The translations under genes were made by a program, and so were the position numbers. The notes under the pieces are model-generated. The model searched no databases. It was not told the origin of the DNA and saw only the letters and a list, made by a program, of their open reading frames with translations. Below, one piece after another: positions 1 through 14,233 of a stretch of DNA of 64,000 bases; within the stretch, counting starts at the first letter, position 1; every line of letters starts with the position of its first letter. Source of the stretch: Ruditapes philippinarum (lineage: Eukaryota); contig NW_026861603.1 of NCBI RefSeq assembly GCF_026571515.1, positions 1 to 64,000 of the forward strand, written 5' to 3'.

Positions 1-194
1 AATTTATTTTCACCATGATGATAAGATAAATTGATATAATTGCATTCCTGATGATAACACTTATCAATATTATTAAAATGTATTTACATTAAAGCTTAAA
101 AAAGTAAAACCGTTTACAACATATGATATAAAGTATAGTTGATTTAAGCAAAAGGAAACTAATGAAAAAATATTCATGCATTAAAGAACCCATT

Positions 195-2395
195 ATGCCT
201 CAGAAATGATTTATTTTTATTTCTCATTTTGTTTTGATTTCCTGTTATAGTCTCCAAAAAGTCACTCATTGGCAAATTACATAAACCATGTTTTTGCTTC
301 TAATTAGTAAGAAAATAATGATACAATACTTTGAATCGAAGTTGAGATACTACTTTGTTTACGTTTCGCTACTTTTCATTTATAACAAATATTCAGAGCT
401 ACTTTCTTCATGATAAACATATATAATGCTCTTAAACCATTATTTGAAACGCTATACAACAAATGTATGTGCCTTTTCCAAAGAATGAAAATTACGATTT
501 CTAAAACTGACCATTGGCATAGGTTAATATTCATTTTCATAAATATTTTAATTGCTCATTTGTGTCTAACATTTCTAGAAAGGTGTGAAAAACAAGTTAA
601 TAATTAACAGTTTGAAAATTAAATAATTTCATTTCATAAAGTAACTATGAATTGGTTCAATCTGTTTTCTGTTGTGATCTTATCACAATTTACCAAAAGT
701 GTTACTTTTGATTTTTCAGGTACTGTCCTTATTATGCAATATTTTCATTAAAATGCAATCATTTTTCATAACTTTGGTATCTAAATGACCGGAATGCATT
801 CGGTTTAATGAAACTGTGAAAAAATATTTAAAAGAAATATATTTTCCTTGTTAAAATACAATTATCCCGACCGTGCGTTTTCATTGTCCTAAAGTATACA
901 ACTGCTTTATTGTGTTATTTATTTGTGTAAGCAAAGAAAAATACGTTTTGACGTGACTGTGTTACTTTACTGACTACACATTTGACAAAATAAAAAGAAA
1001 AACAAAACAATATGCCTATATGTAGTAAGACAATTTAAATACGAATTGCACAGCAAAAGAAATATATGAAAAGTTTATTTTCCCTTTCTCTTGGACGTGG
1101 TCTCTACACTAAGAGCTCTGCAAGAAGTCGTGTTACACGCGACTGTAATTTTTATCACTTTTTTATGATTGACTGAGCATACTCGTATTTATACAGTATA
1201 TCAAGCTTCTGATAATTCTGTTTTATATTGTTATCTATAATGAGAAACAAGGCAGATATCACTGTATTATGAATATAAAGTATCATATTTAATCGTTAAA
1301 CGTTCGGTTTAATTAATATTGAATATGTACTTATTTACATATAGTTGTTAAATTAAGATAAGCAATTACGCACGATTTCTTTCGATTTTCTTTAACCTAT
1401 AATATATATGTTAGCTATTTTATCATTTAAAAATATCTTTTAGCAATTTTAATACAATGCTTTTCTTTCTTTCAGATCAGACATATGGCTTAATTATGGA
1501 AACTGACATGGAACACTAACATATTATAATCATTTCTGTTCTTTGTATGCTTTTAATCGGTTTTAATTTTCTCCTCGTAAATCCATAACCTGTTGTATTT
1601 GTTTAAAGATCCTGCACGTTGTGTGAAATTATATATTTGTATATAATTATGCTAATAAAACAATTTTCAAACATCAAAGAATATGTAAAATATGTACTGC
1701 AAATATGTGTGCATATTATAAGAAATTATTGGGAAAATTTGACTTAAACTTTATAGAAAATCAATTTCTAATTACCTCCCTTTATTTACATGAAATGTTA
1801 AATTCGGTAATATCTTTATAAAATAATGCCTACAATATTGATAAATCTTAATTTAAGCATTATATTTATGATTTAAAACCATAACAAAATTGTGTTACAG
1901 GATCTTTAATAGACATGCTTACGTAATTTCAATTAAACAAAATCCTACTCATTATCCATTTCAATTTGTAAAACAATAACTGCGTTCCTGGTATTGATGT
2001 GTTGTCATTTTTAAAATTTTGAAGGATAAAACTGTACTTGCAATATATCTACAATATAAATCAAGAACACTTTACAATGGTATAAAATATAAGCATATCT
2101 CCTATATTAAAGACTACATTATGCCATAAAAATGTTTTAATTTTTTATTTCTCAAACGCTTTTTTTAATTTTGATGTACATTTACTTTGATAGTATCCAA
2201 AAGTTACTCATTGGCCAATTACCTAAACCCACCTTTTTCATCAGTTGCCTTTTGATATCATAATATGTACAGATATAGTGACTTAGTATTTTGTATGGAA
2301 GTCAAATTACTACTTTGTTTGTATTTTGCTACTTTATAGAAAATCATTTCACATTTATCGTTTATTTCTTCAGATAACACACATCTGATCTTCTC
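195..2395 (+). repeat. Diverged direct duplication (about 195-420 and 2120-2395)
   Basis: CCAAAAAGTCACTCATTGGCAAATTAC vs CCAAAAGTTACTCATTGGCCAATTAC; TACTACTTTGTTT present in both. Confidence 0.7.
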
Positions 2396-2803
2396 CAAAA
2401 CAATTATTTTAAAATTATAAAATTCATTTTAAGTAAACATTTATTTGTTTTTAAGGCATTATTTGCCTTTAAACAATATTCAAGGCAGATATCGACTTTA
2501 ATTAATCTTGTAGAAATGAATGTCAGACGTGTAGTACTTATCTAATTTACCGAAAAATTGCATTTTACAGAGGATTAAACAAATAGAAAATGGAAGAAGC
2601 ACTTTCGATATTATTTGATTCTAGGTTTCTTGCATGTGTTAAATTTTACAAGATAAGCAATCCTATGCCTAAAAATTGCACGCTTACAATTTAAAAAACA
2701 ATTCAAAGTTTGTCTTTGTACAAATAATTGTAAGTGAGTATTGACAATACTAAATAGGAATAAAATAAGTCACTCGATCCGACAATGCTTGTTCGGTTGA
2801 ATT

Positions 2804-3036
2804 ATATGAGCCGTGTCACGACAAAACCATCGTAATGCGTTTGCGACCAGCATGGATCCAGACCAGCCTGCGCATCCGCACAGTCTGATCAGGATCCATG
2901 CTGTTTGCTTTCAAACCCTATTACAAGTAGAGAAACTGATAGCGAACAGCATGGGTCCTGATATCCGCGCAGGCTGGTCTGGATCCATGCTGGTCGCAAA
3001 CGCACTATGTTGGTTTTGTCGTGACGCGGCCCATAT
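2804..3036. mobile_element. Palindromic MITE
   Basis: TIRs ATATGAGCCGTGTCACGACAAAACC / GGTTTTGTCGTGACGCGGCCCATAT and internal inverted GCGTTTGCGACCAGCATGGATCCAGACCAGCCTGCG. Confidence 0.85.
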
Positions 3037-3604
3037 TTGTTCACATTCGGTAATAATGCTATGCAGGATACTCTCTACTTTAAAAAAATGTCTGTTTATA
3101 TATTAAAGTTCAAGTACTTCGATGTAGAATAAATGCCTTTTGCAGGACCATAATGTACAATTTAACTATAGTTACATTCTAAATACAGAATAGTTTATCA
3201 TCTACAAAACTATTTGAATATTTTGGCTAATGTGTCTTTCTAAAAGGTCAAGAACAGACAAGCTAAAGAAACTATTGCGTATGATACCTTAATTTGATCC
3301 AATTTTGTTCAAGTAATGTAATTCTTGCAACCATTTTCACCGGCAGTTATGCTACAAAACATGGACCGACCGCCTCATGTGCATTTGGTTTTGTTTAATT
3401 TGTTCTCGTTGATATTTGTTACTTAAAAACAAGCCTATATACTTATTTATAAATAAAAAAGATGCAAGCTGGTTTCAATTCACAGATGGTTAACTTCCTT
3501 ATGGAATCTAGAAAACTTTACATTTAATATCTTTGGTTTCCACGTCTGTGATAACGAGACTAGTCTTGTGTAAAGAAATAATTTGGATTTGTTTTTTGGA
3601 AAAG

Positions 3605-3745
3605 GGAGATTACTAAAGAAAAGTGAAACTAAGCACAAATTTTAAAATAACAGACTCGGTTTTTGGACTCTTTTCATGAGATTCAATTAAAAAGTAAAAC
3701 ATCTTCACGCTCAATAGCAATTGCTTTAGTAAAAATCATTTGATT
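3605..3745 (-). pseudogene. Highly degenerate copy of the U1-like family
   Basis: Plus strand GGAGATTACTAAAGAAAAG...CAGACTCGGTTTTTGGACTCTTTTCATG...AAAAGTAAAACATCTTCACGCTCAATAGCA is collinear with family motifs. Confidence 0.4.
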
Positions 3746-3958
3746 AAGCAGAACAGCTAGCTTAATTATAAACACCGTAATCAATAACTCCGAAAGACCT
3801 TGGCAGAAGAATATAACAATTCTTGTGTTCATTTTATTGTGTTCATTTTTAACATATATAGATCGGTTTCGATAGGCATAGTCTCATTCATTTCCGTTCC
3901 ATATGAATAAGTATAATATCATATTTCTACATTTTGTATATCAATAGTACATTAAATA

Positions 3959-4131
3959 AATGAGCCGCGACACGACAAAACCAACATAATGCGTTTGCGA
4001 CCAGCATGGATCCGCGCAGTCTGATCAGGATCCATGCTGTTCGCTTACAAACCCTAAAACAAGTAGAAACTGATAGCGAACAGCATGGATCCTGATCAGA
4101 CTGCGTTGGTTTTGTCATGGCGCGGCTCAAA
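3959..4131. mobile_element. Second, internally deleted copy of the same MITE
   Basis: TGAGCCGCGACACGACAAAACC / GGTTTTGTCATGGCGCGGCTCA; core shared with 2804-3036. Confidence 0.85.
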
Positions 4132-5242
4132 TCTGTTTTCTGAAAGCACTGCATTTAATAATAACCAGAAGTGTGATAAATTGTATGTGTTAGTTCTTAG
4201 TTTTCCATGAAAAGTCATATAGAAATATTAGCATAGCTGGCATAAGAATGACATAATAATTTCTTGTTGGTTTCTTTATCTTGATAAATGGAACCCTTTA
4301 AGATGTATGTGTTTCTAAACAAACTTGTCATGTTTCAGTAAGTGAACTTAATTTCTAACACCAACATCTACGCAATCAGTTGGCATTCTTTTTAATCAAT
4401 ACTTTATGAATATGCAAAAATATATGAAAATTATAAACATTATATAAATTATAAACATTACACCAATTTAACACATCAGTAATCATATAATATATTTGAC
4501 ACTTATTGAATATCATAGACTGAGGGTACCACCTGATAAGTTAAACAGAACTTAAATATTTAAGCAATTTAACTAGAAAGTTAAAGAACTATCCTATACA
4601 TTTTATTTTAGAACTGTCCTTACATTTTATTTCATAATGGCAAGAACTATACGTCGCATTTTAGTTTAGAACTATTTTAGAATGACAAAAACAAAACAAA
4701 ATTCCCAATTCTAAAATGACCAATGAAAATTCTTCATATATTCTGTACTTCCCTGTAAATTTTACAGGAGGTCAAAGTGACTTTAGACCGGACTTCGGCC
4801 GAATGTTTGACAAAATCAATAATTAAATAAGAAATTCAACCCACATGAGCTATTCTACCCCCCCACACACATTATAAATCGAATGTTAAGTTTTGTATGG
4901 AGACATTAATCTCACACCCTTCACACCACTGACTTAATGTTCCTCTCGTGAGGCTTAAATATGTTATTTCAGTATTCAAGTAATCTCTGATACTGTTCAC
5001 AAATCACAAGTCCAGACAGAAAGCTAAAGGTTAATTTAAAATGAGCCGACAAGATTCAATCTTATCTGTTTATTATAAACATGTGTATATACTTTAAAAA
5101 TACAATGATAAATGTAATCTTTTTTTAAATGCCCTATTAATAGCAACAATAATAATTTCATTATGCTTTATTTTCACTGACTACCTTAAGACTTTTAAGA
5201 ATTATTTTTAAACATGTTTTCTTCTCTAAAATAGAGAAAAAA

Positions 5243-5403
5243 GGAATCCCAAAAGAAAGCCCGACACGGCAAAATTGAAAATGTTGCAGGCTCGGTTTGA
5301 TTCAGCCTGTTCATGGACGATACTGTCAAGTACAAACAACCGTCCATGCCCCCTAGCACCGGCTTAAGCAGAATTCAGTATTTAAACATGAAATGGTAAA
5401 ATT
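5243..5403 (-). ncRNA. U1-like structured snRNA candidate, subfamily A, full length
   Basis: Minus strand, in order: AATTTTACC 5' arm; TAGGGGGC; hairpin CATGGACG...CGTCCATG with TTGTAC in the loop; hairpin CAGGCT-GAATCAAACCG-AGCCTG; Sm-like AATTTTG about 128 nt from the predicted start; 3' GGGCTTTCTTTTGGGATTCC. Length about 161 nt. Homologous to about 15 other copies in the window. Confidence 0.6.
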
Positions 5404-5430
5404 TTGAATTTAGAAACATCCGCAGATGTG

Positions 5431-5455
5431 TTCATACGGCGGTTATCATGGAACC
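5431..5455 (-). promoter_or_regulatory. Conserved upstream motif GGTTCCATGATAACCGCCGTATGAA, candidate snRNA proximal sequence element (PSE)
   Basis: Recurs at 16326-16350 (-), 29831-29855 (+) and 45607-45630 (-), each time upstream of a family copy. It ends at -28 and -29 from the predicted +1 in the 5.3 kb and 16.3 kb copies. Confidence 0.4.
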
Positions 5456-7354
5456 AGTTGTGCCATTCAACGAAAAGCGTCGTATGGTCCTGAAGTAATA
5501 AAAAGCGTGTGCCGCCCTTAACGAGAAAACAATGTGCGGAACTAAACAAAATGGAATTGTGAAAGGGAATCAGAGGTTATGAAGCCTGCATATCACAAAT
5601 AAGACGTCGAAAGACAAATTTAAAATGCAGGCAACATATCCTTAGGGTGATTCTACATTATTCAAGTAAGAATACTGGAACCGCCTATCTAGAAAATGCC
5701 AAATAGTTCAAACTAAAAATACCACAAACACAACAATACTGTCGTGCTGAACGATTTTTAAGGATCGGAAAAATAACATCTCTGATTGAATGTACGGGGT
5801 GATTTTTTACAGCCTCCACACGGCACGAACAACACTGATGTCTTATTTATGTTAAGATTGGAATAGCTCGATTCATGTTCTTATTTGTAAATTTGAGTCA
5901 TGACTTAAATTTGCTTTCTACATTTAACTTTCGCATTGTATATCATAAATATTAAAATCCTGATTTTGTTTGGTTTTCCCCGAGAGTAAAACTATTTTAC
6001 AAATTATAAAAAGATATGATCGATAAAGCATTGGTTTTTTCATATCTCAGTTCTGTAATAGGCTAATGTCGATATACATTGCTTCTTTAATCGGAGTTAT
6101 AAAACAATAAGATGCAATAAGATGTTTTATATTAGGTATCAGACATCTGTGTGTTGAAGTATATCTTGTTTCTACTAACGAAATTTGCAATAAATACTGC
6201 AGTTTTATTTTCTCATACAGTATTGTTCTAGCCTCTGTGACAAAAAGTTAAGATTTTCACTTTCAAATTGAAGGTTGTAGGTTCGAATCTCTAAAAACAT
6301 TATTTTTCTTCCATTTCCCTTTTTATAGTTTGCAAAACTCAACTTCTATGTATTTGGGCATCACCCATTCTTTGACTTTACGTATATGAAATATGTCAAA
6401 TTACATAATTATGCAAACTTATAAAATCTACAAAATGAAAACAAAATATCAATATACACGTAATGTATTAGTCTAACATTACTGATCTATTATAGGAAGG
6501 AATATTCATTTAGATGCTGTTATTACTATGTCGGTTTTATTATTTCAAGATATTATTTCCGGAGTAGAACAATTTCATAAAATGTACGTAATGTTTCAGC
6601 TGAATGTATATAGAGTTGAACATTTGTAATATAATCAAAGCAGACAAGCTCTTGTAAGACTTTATATAATAATACATCTCATGCATTTTAAAAAATAGCT
6701 TGGTAGAAAGTGTTTCTCTTGACAGACAAAATAATCCCATAACCACATAGATTTCTCACTGGAAGGTTGTATTATAAGAAATATCTATCTGAGATGTCGT
6801 TTCGACTATTCAAATAGTTGCAGTATCGACGGAATCTCAAAGTTGGCGATAACTTATAAAGAATGTTTTGCAGAAAATATACATGCCCTAAATGAACCAT
6901 GTTTTAACCCAGCGAGCAATTGTTGCTACGAAACAAAATTAATGAGAAACGAACATTTCAAAATCCCTTTCCAAACATTCATATATTATCTACCCCTTAG
7001 TCGTATAGAACACTACCTTTTCTACGCATATTCCATTTCTTCATAAACTTCTCATCCCGACTGTAAACACATGTATAATGCCAATAAGATATGCAATGAA
7101 AATATATTTTATATATATATATATATTCTTTATGATTGTATACCTAAAATACTACAATATACTACAAATATCAGCATTAATATAGATTCCGACTCGGGGA
7201 CAAAAGTAATCCCGATATGTTACCGATATTTAAAAGGCATGGCTAACAAGACAAAGTTATACAATTTGTTCTGTACGATAGGAATTTGTTTCGGCAGTTA
7301 CATTTCCATTATCGTTCATCTTTGTTGCGGGCATCACTATTATATATGTCCATT

Positions 7355-9469
7355 GACCTAGTTATTTTCTTCCTCAAATAATACACAAAAAGTAATGAAA
7401 TTGTAGTTAATTGCCAGACTGAAGATCGTGGATGTGACAGTTAATTTACTTGCAGTATGGACTGGCTTTATTCCATTACACTTTACATCTAATAGCCTTG
7501 TTAGTCCTTAGAGAGATACTTGTCTTGTGTATTTAAGTGTTATTGACACTGTCACAAGCAGGCAGATGAGATAAAAAAAAGGAATAGGTCTCTTCATTGT
7601 ATGTATATACAATTGACTTACGAAAGGAAGTAAAATCACGTTTAAGTCTAACACACTCTTGAGTTTATATATTTTTTGTAAAAATATTACAAAAGTAGCA
7701 ATCATTTTATGAAGTCTTCTGTTAAATTTATACTAGATATGGTGACGTTAAGACAAGCGTAAATGTCATGTCATTGTAGAAAATTACTGTTTTATTTATT
7801 ACTTGATAAAGTTGCCAAAGACATGCAAATGTCACACAAAATATAAAGATTAAAATAATGTGAAATCGTACAATTCATTATATTCCAGAAATAATTTTGT
7901 TTTAAAATCAATTTGCAGATAAGAATGTGCGATGCAATATTTTTCATATGTCCCTGAAAAGTGTTCGATCAAATATTATTGACAGTTGAATATATTTGGA
8001 CATTTCAGTGTTGCATTCAAATTTTAACATTTACGTAACTTTTAACTCTGATTACAAAAAACCATTGAAGTAAACAGAACATACCATTATTAACCTAAAA
8101 TATTACAGTATTATTAAAATTAATGCAAGGCAACATATATATTAGTAAAAGAATTGAAATGGTTCCTTTGTAGTTGTTTCGGTTAACTTATTAAACAGTT
8201 TATGGTTTGTATTGTTTACGAGGGATGGTCAACATGAAATGCAATATGAAGTACATTTTCTAATTTAGCTCGAGACTCTTGTGTTTGTGTAAGCTATACA
8301 ATGCTTCAAAGCTTCTGCTTACAAATGATACCAAAATCATGTATTAGGCCAACCGATTAAGAATGTTATTCACATTTAAAAATATTTTACACAAGTAACT
8401 TCACGTAAGATATGGCTGGTAAACGCTTAGCTTAAAGTGTTGTTATACAGGCGTACTCAAAAGCTTGAGAGCAAACCAAGGATAATCAGCTATTAATGTT
8501 TATAATATTTGTAATACGAAGGTGTGTCAATATGTAATGCAATATGGTCACTAGATTAAACAAAAGAGCTAATATGTTACAATTTTCTATTTCAACCCCT
8601 CCTGCAGATACAGTTTTAGATCCAGTTTAAAATGCTTCAACAAAGTCCTCTTTAGGTAAACATAGCATTAACTGAAAAAATGGCCATTCTAGTTTTGTAC
8701 CATTAAAGACCATCCACCATATCGGTCGTGATCACAAGTGCAAAACGTTCATTTAGTCTTCCCCACACTGGCTCGTCTATCAGTGAAGTCTAGGTGAAAT
8801 CTAGTACGTTTTCTACAAATTTTTAAGTCAAGTTGTCGCACAGGTTATTAGCAATTTGAAATAAAAGAGACTTGTGATCTTAAGCATGATTAGAGACATG
8901 TACGACAGAACTATTTTAATTTCACATTTGAAGTGAAGTATTTTAAGCACGCTGTGTTTTTCTAACATCATAAATATTTTATTTGAAAAAAAAAATGAAA
9001 AAAGATATTGAATTTAAATGGCAAAACAATGAGGCGACTGTCTCTATCCCTCAGGTCGCTATTATCTTGATCAACGGCCTTTATTTATATTTGATTCAAT
9101 GCACACCTTTTAAAAAAAATATTTCTTTATGTCTGTTTTATTCATTTTAATTGCATTTTAACAAAAATACTGTTATACAACAAAACATATTGTATTGCTT
9201 GGATTTGTATTCATGTTGAAATTCCCGTATGTAAACTCGAAAAGTCTTTTTCGTCTTCTCTTGCTTGTTGTGACAATGTCAATAACACTTAAGGATACAA
9301 AATAATTATCTCTCTAGGGACTGATAAACCAATTACATGTGGAGTGTGATAGGTTAGATTCTACTCATATTGTTAATGATTAACTGTCACATCCATGATC
9401 TTCAGACTGACAATTAGCTACATGTTAAATACAGTCTGTGAATCATTTTTGGACGAAAATAACTAGGTC
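7355..9469. repeat. Diverged ~215-bp inverted repeat pair (7355-7570 and 9258-9469)
   Basis: GACCTAGTTATTTTC vs GAAAATAACTAGGTC; CTGAAGATCGTGGATGTGACAGTTAAT vs ATTAACTGTCACATCCATGATCTTCAG; TTAAGTGTTATTGACA vs TGTCAATAACACTTAA. Confidence 0.8.
8514..8960 (-). mobile_element. Decayed Tc1/mariner transposase 3' end with TIR
   Basis: TIR-like TACGAAGGTGTGTCAAT. The frameshifted minus-strand translation AIFQLMLCLPKEDFVEAF*..WI..LKL..GG and an SPDL-like remnant resemble a mariner C-terminus. Confidence 0.5.
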
Positions 9470-9654
9470 GGAGGACGTTTTATTGCAAATGACCTCAATA
9501 TGTGAAATCGTAATGGTAGTAACTAAGCCTAGGCAAAAATGGATAAATTGATAAAAAAAACACAAGGACTATATACATTAACGATATATTTAACCAAAAT
9601 AGAATAGAAGATTGGAATCAAAAAGACAATTAATATTTAGAAATCGGAATATTA

Positions 9655-9955
9655 AACAAGAAAGGGCATAACTTTGAAAAAGGTATCTCAGTATATCAGA
9701 TCTGTGTCAATCATGTTCGATTATTACAGAGAACAAGTGTTGGAAGTTTCATCCCATTGTCTTTAATAGTTATGGAGATACCAACATACTCGAAAAAAAT
9801 ATAAACCAAAGTGTAGCGCCGACGCCAACACCGGGTTTAGTTTGTAACCAAAGTGTGGCGACGGTGACGCCGGGTTTAGTTTTTAACTAAAGTGTGACGC
9901 CAACGGCGGGTTTAGAGCAAAAGCTTTCTCTCTATTTCAATAAGTCGAGCTTAAA
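9655..9955. mobile_element. Helentron-associated non-autonomous element (HINE) fragment
   Basis: AAGGGCATAACT core, three short CGCCGACGCC-containing repeats, terminal AAGTCGAGCTTAAA; similar to 36787-37299. Confidence 0.6.
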
Positions 9956-12338
9956 TGTCTCCAAACCGTAAAGGTTTTCATTCTATATTTAAACGAACTA
10001 AACTTAAAAAAACCCCGAGGATTGCCATCATTTCAGAATTTGTGATTACATGCTGCCATGCATACGTTTTCTGAAATAATATTTTCTCATTTTTATATCT
10101 GTGACAGGATTCGAGGTCAAACAAATAACAAATTATGCCTCTTAATTTGTAAAACCTCATCTTAACAAAGAAACAATATCACATTTAGAAAACTTACATT
10201 TAACAAGGTATACGTATATATTCTATGTAGATTTATATCAGTTACAGTTACATAAGTACTTCAGAATATGCTTTACAGAATTATTTCAACAAACAGTTAC
10301 AAAGGTATCTCAAGATATCCTCTAGGTACATAAATACTTCAAGATACCTTTGAAGATTAAAAGTTAAATAAAATCTCAGAAATGTTTTTTTAATGATGAA
10401 TAAAAAGATAAAAACAACAAGCTAATATTTTACTTTTGTATGCCGTAAAATGTATATACATTGTTCAGTTTAAATTTTACTTAGAACATTTTGTATTGGG
10501 TCAATGTTTTTGAAAGACAATTTTGTGAAAACAACACAATGGTATTAAATGGTGCCAAAAAGACCCGGATTCAAACTACATAAGCACTACACAGTTTTCC
10601 TAGATCATTGAAAATATTCTGAAATTTCGATTTCACTTATTACATACAGTTGATTTGCAATAACATTTATAAGAGCTGTTAGATTATGTAAGCTATTGAA
10701 GATCTCATAGAAAAATATTCATGATGATGACAAATGCTTGCCTATTTCCTTCTATCAACGCATGTTCCCTTGTATACCTGACAAAGCACCCATTTCAGAA
10801 ATAGCATGTCCAAACAGAAAAAAAATCGTTTTAAAATTTGATTTGTTTCCTAACATGTGTATATACCTCGAGCTGCGTTTGAAAAATTCCCAAAAACATG
10901 AAACACTACGACAGATGAAATACCCTTGCAATTTTATGTATTTGTAAAAAATGTTTAAAGCTACTAAAATTGACTCTTTATCTCTAAAGTGTACAGAAAA
11001 AGTGTGTTAAGAATATATCAATATAATTATATGTTTATATGACAGTAGGGACAAAGATAAATCTGTACATTAAAGTAATTAAAGATATTGGTAGCATTAT
11101 TAATTTTCCTAAAAGTAACATTCAGCTGTTTCAAACAAAGTAAAGCATCATTCTTGCTGATATATTAAAATTGTTTCAGTGTCATTTTACAAAAAAAACC
11201 CGAAGATTAAATTACTAATTATGTCGAAGTTTTTACATCAATGCAAATAAAAATGAATTTAGCAAAATATTTTTACCTGCATGACCAAGCCAAAGAGCAC
11301 CGACGATGAGTATTTTTGCTTGCTTTTGACAATTACTTTGAGCACCTAAATATCATTTAATCATATTGTGCAGCTTAAAACTATAAAAAAAAAAGAAAAC
11401 AACAAAACTAACAAACATAGACATATAGAAAAACAACTAACAAAGTATTCATGCTCAAAACTAGACAGATGTATATCTTTGTGATGATTTACGCGATGTT
11501 ATCGTTTGTTTGTAAATGACACCTTTATTTAATTATCTTGTAACACGTTTACTACATTCAGTAAAAGAGAGACTGCACCACTTCAACAAGTGTGAAAAAA
11601 AACATGAACGTTATTCATTGCATCTTTGTAGATGTTCTGCAGAACAAATGAATACGTTAAATCACACGTGAACTTTTCTTAGCGGAATTTGATCAGATAA
11701 GATCGGTTTTAAACGCAATATATAGAACACATAGTGCTTTCATGGTAATGGCAACGTACTGGATAATGGTTTTATTGGTTAAAGAACAATAGAATAAGGA
11801 CGAGAATTGCTGGTTTATTGAAGTCATCTTATTAACGTATATGTATCATTGCTGGAAAACAATAATTAGATTAGTGGATATATTCTATAATAAAGTGACC
11901 TCGATACAAAGTTAACTAAATCGATAAGAAAAGCAGACAAAGCTATTTCAGGAGCTGCATCATTGTGTAGTTGAAGTTATGGCGTGATTTTTGTACCATC
12001 TTGTAAAATTTACGGAATATTTTAAGAGATAACCATTTTACAAATATTTTATTCTTTTATATCCCAGTTAACGAGGGCAAAATAATTTTTAAAAACAAAA
12101 TGCATATTAGTTACGTTTGATCGAGTGGAGTGTTTTTTTTAACTGGTGAGGTGGTTTAATTCTCACTATTTCTATGTGCTCAATAGCAATTTTATAATTC
12201 GCGCATTTGCGACATTTTCCAATGCAATTTTTCATTGATTACTCTGTAAAGAAAACAAAACGAACATTAGGGCTTTTTTTCAAAACTGTCCTTTGTACTA
12301 ATTTACGTGTTTTATGATTATTTCTGGATATTAGCTAA

Positions 12339-13000
12339 TATTGTCCAACAACATTGACCTGGCACTCTTGCATTTGACCCCATAGTCGGTAAATTCCGTA
12401 AACGTTACTACCTATTTGTAAATCGATATAGATGTATATAACCAGTTGTTAAATGGTCTAAACTACAAATCCCTCTTAGCACAGTCATTAAGGGCTTTCA
12501 CTTGAAGAATATAAACGTACACTCGTAGGTTCGAATCCTGGTTCAGCCACTTTTATATTTTTTTTCTTATTTTAGAATTGCCATTTCTCTCTTAACTCGT
12601 GCAAAACGTTTTGAGTTTTGGTTGTGTATTCTATCTGTGTAGTATTTTAATTTGCATTATGAACGTGCTGTCCTTTTTATTAATAAAAGATAATGTAATG
12701 AAATAAAAAATAAAATTGTATAAAAACCACTACTTAAAAGGTATCCTAAAAACAGATGCAGTAAAACTATTTCAAATTAATTATTGCAAGTAAATTTTAA
12801 AATGAAAAAAAAAGCATGTCCTCATAACGTGGTGTTGGTCAGGTATCGAACCAGGGAACTTCAGATCAGTAGTCAGGCATCTACACCAATACACCACAAC
12901 TCATTGACGTGTGAAGTTAACAAAATATCGATATATTTTTAGATACCATCTGACCTTTACGGAAATTAATGAAGTGCCAGGTCAATATTGTTGGACAATA
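12339..13000. mobile_element. MITE with ~28-bp TIRs carrying two tRNA-like segments
   Basis: TATTGTCCAACAACATTGACCTGGCACT / AGTGCCAGGTCAATATTGTTGGACAATA. B-box GGTTCGAATCC at about 12529 (+) and GGTTCGATACC at about 12852 (-). Confidence 0.8.
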
Positions 13001-14233
13001 CATGTAATTGTGTACATGCAAACGGATTCAGTAATGTATTTAAATCAAAATAGAATCTTCAATGATTAGATATGAAGTATTTAACTTAAATGATTGTTAA
13101 CTGTACGAGAATAAACAGCAAAATTAGGCGTTAAAACATATGTTTTTGCAACACAAAGTGTTATGAGCTTGCGAAACTAATACTAGTATATAAAATATGT
13201 TTTTAACTATTAAAAATATTCATGATGAATTCAATCCTGCATTTAAAAATTCCTTTATGAAAATAAAAGATGATAGAAAATGCATTATATAAAATCAAAA
13301 TCATTTCAGGCTGAATATGAAAAACAGTTTAAAAAAGCCTAAAGAAGTCAATCTGATATCCTGTAGAAGTCCATTATACAAAGCCAAACCTATTTCTTAT
13401 TTGACTGTTGCTATACAAGAAAGATCACGATTGGAGGATACAAATTTTGCTTATCACAATAAATGATGGCTTATCCTGTTATTAATGGATTAGAAATAAC
13501 TAGAACAGATCGGTTCCTCATTCTCAAGGTGATATCACCATAATAAACACATAGTTTTGTAAAACGTCTTTATTGTACCTGATGAAAACTGTTCTTTATT
13601 AGTATGGGCCGTAACATCAAGAGTCATAATGCATTTATTATGCCCACCACAACATAATAACGTCAACAAATAACAAAGAGAGGAGAGACTTCACAGTAAT
13701 TACATCTTTACACAGGCATTGTATTGAGTAGGTGAACAATAGCATAAAGCTTAAGCCTTCAGCTATTAATTACTTGGAATATTGCTTTCATCTTGCTTAA
13801 TTTTTTCAGAATGCAACATTGTATATTTATATACTTTAACCAACATTTTCATGCATGTGTTCTAGTAATACGGCAGATTGAAAACGTAGCTGCTCTCGAA
13901 ATCTTGGTGCTTCAACCGGATTCACTTAAAGGAACTGATTTGCGCCTGAATATGAAATGTCAAAAGTATTGCCGTAATCCTTATGTATCTAATAAACCAC
14001 TCTTTTTTGGTATTTTTGTAAATTTTTATTAATACTTTTTTGGGGGGTGGAGGTGGGGGTGCATAATGTATAATACTGTTTGGTTTAAACCTATTTATTT
14101 TAGCTTCCAAGTTCTAGAAACTTATATTTATCACTTTCGAGTCCGCTTCCTGGAACCAACAAGTACTGGTGTCATATGAAGAAATATGGTCGAAATTAGG
14201 GGTCGAACCCATGATCCCTTGGTTGAGAGGCAC

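Noticed and set aside
5345-5390. Twister-ribozyme-like look of the 5' part (UAA...CUUAAGC...AGGG)
   Set aside because: There is no convincing P2 helix or GC partner for the T2 pseudoknot, and the putative P1 3' strand is already used by the stronger CATGGACG hairpin.
5243-5403. Family as repeated exons ending in GT donors on the opposite strand, or as spliced-leader RNA
   Set aside because: There is no pyrimidine-rich acceptor upstream, copies occur in both orientations, and no conserved leader-GGTA donor hairpin is visible on the Sm-site strand. Not fully excluded without RNA-seq.
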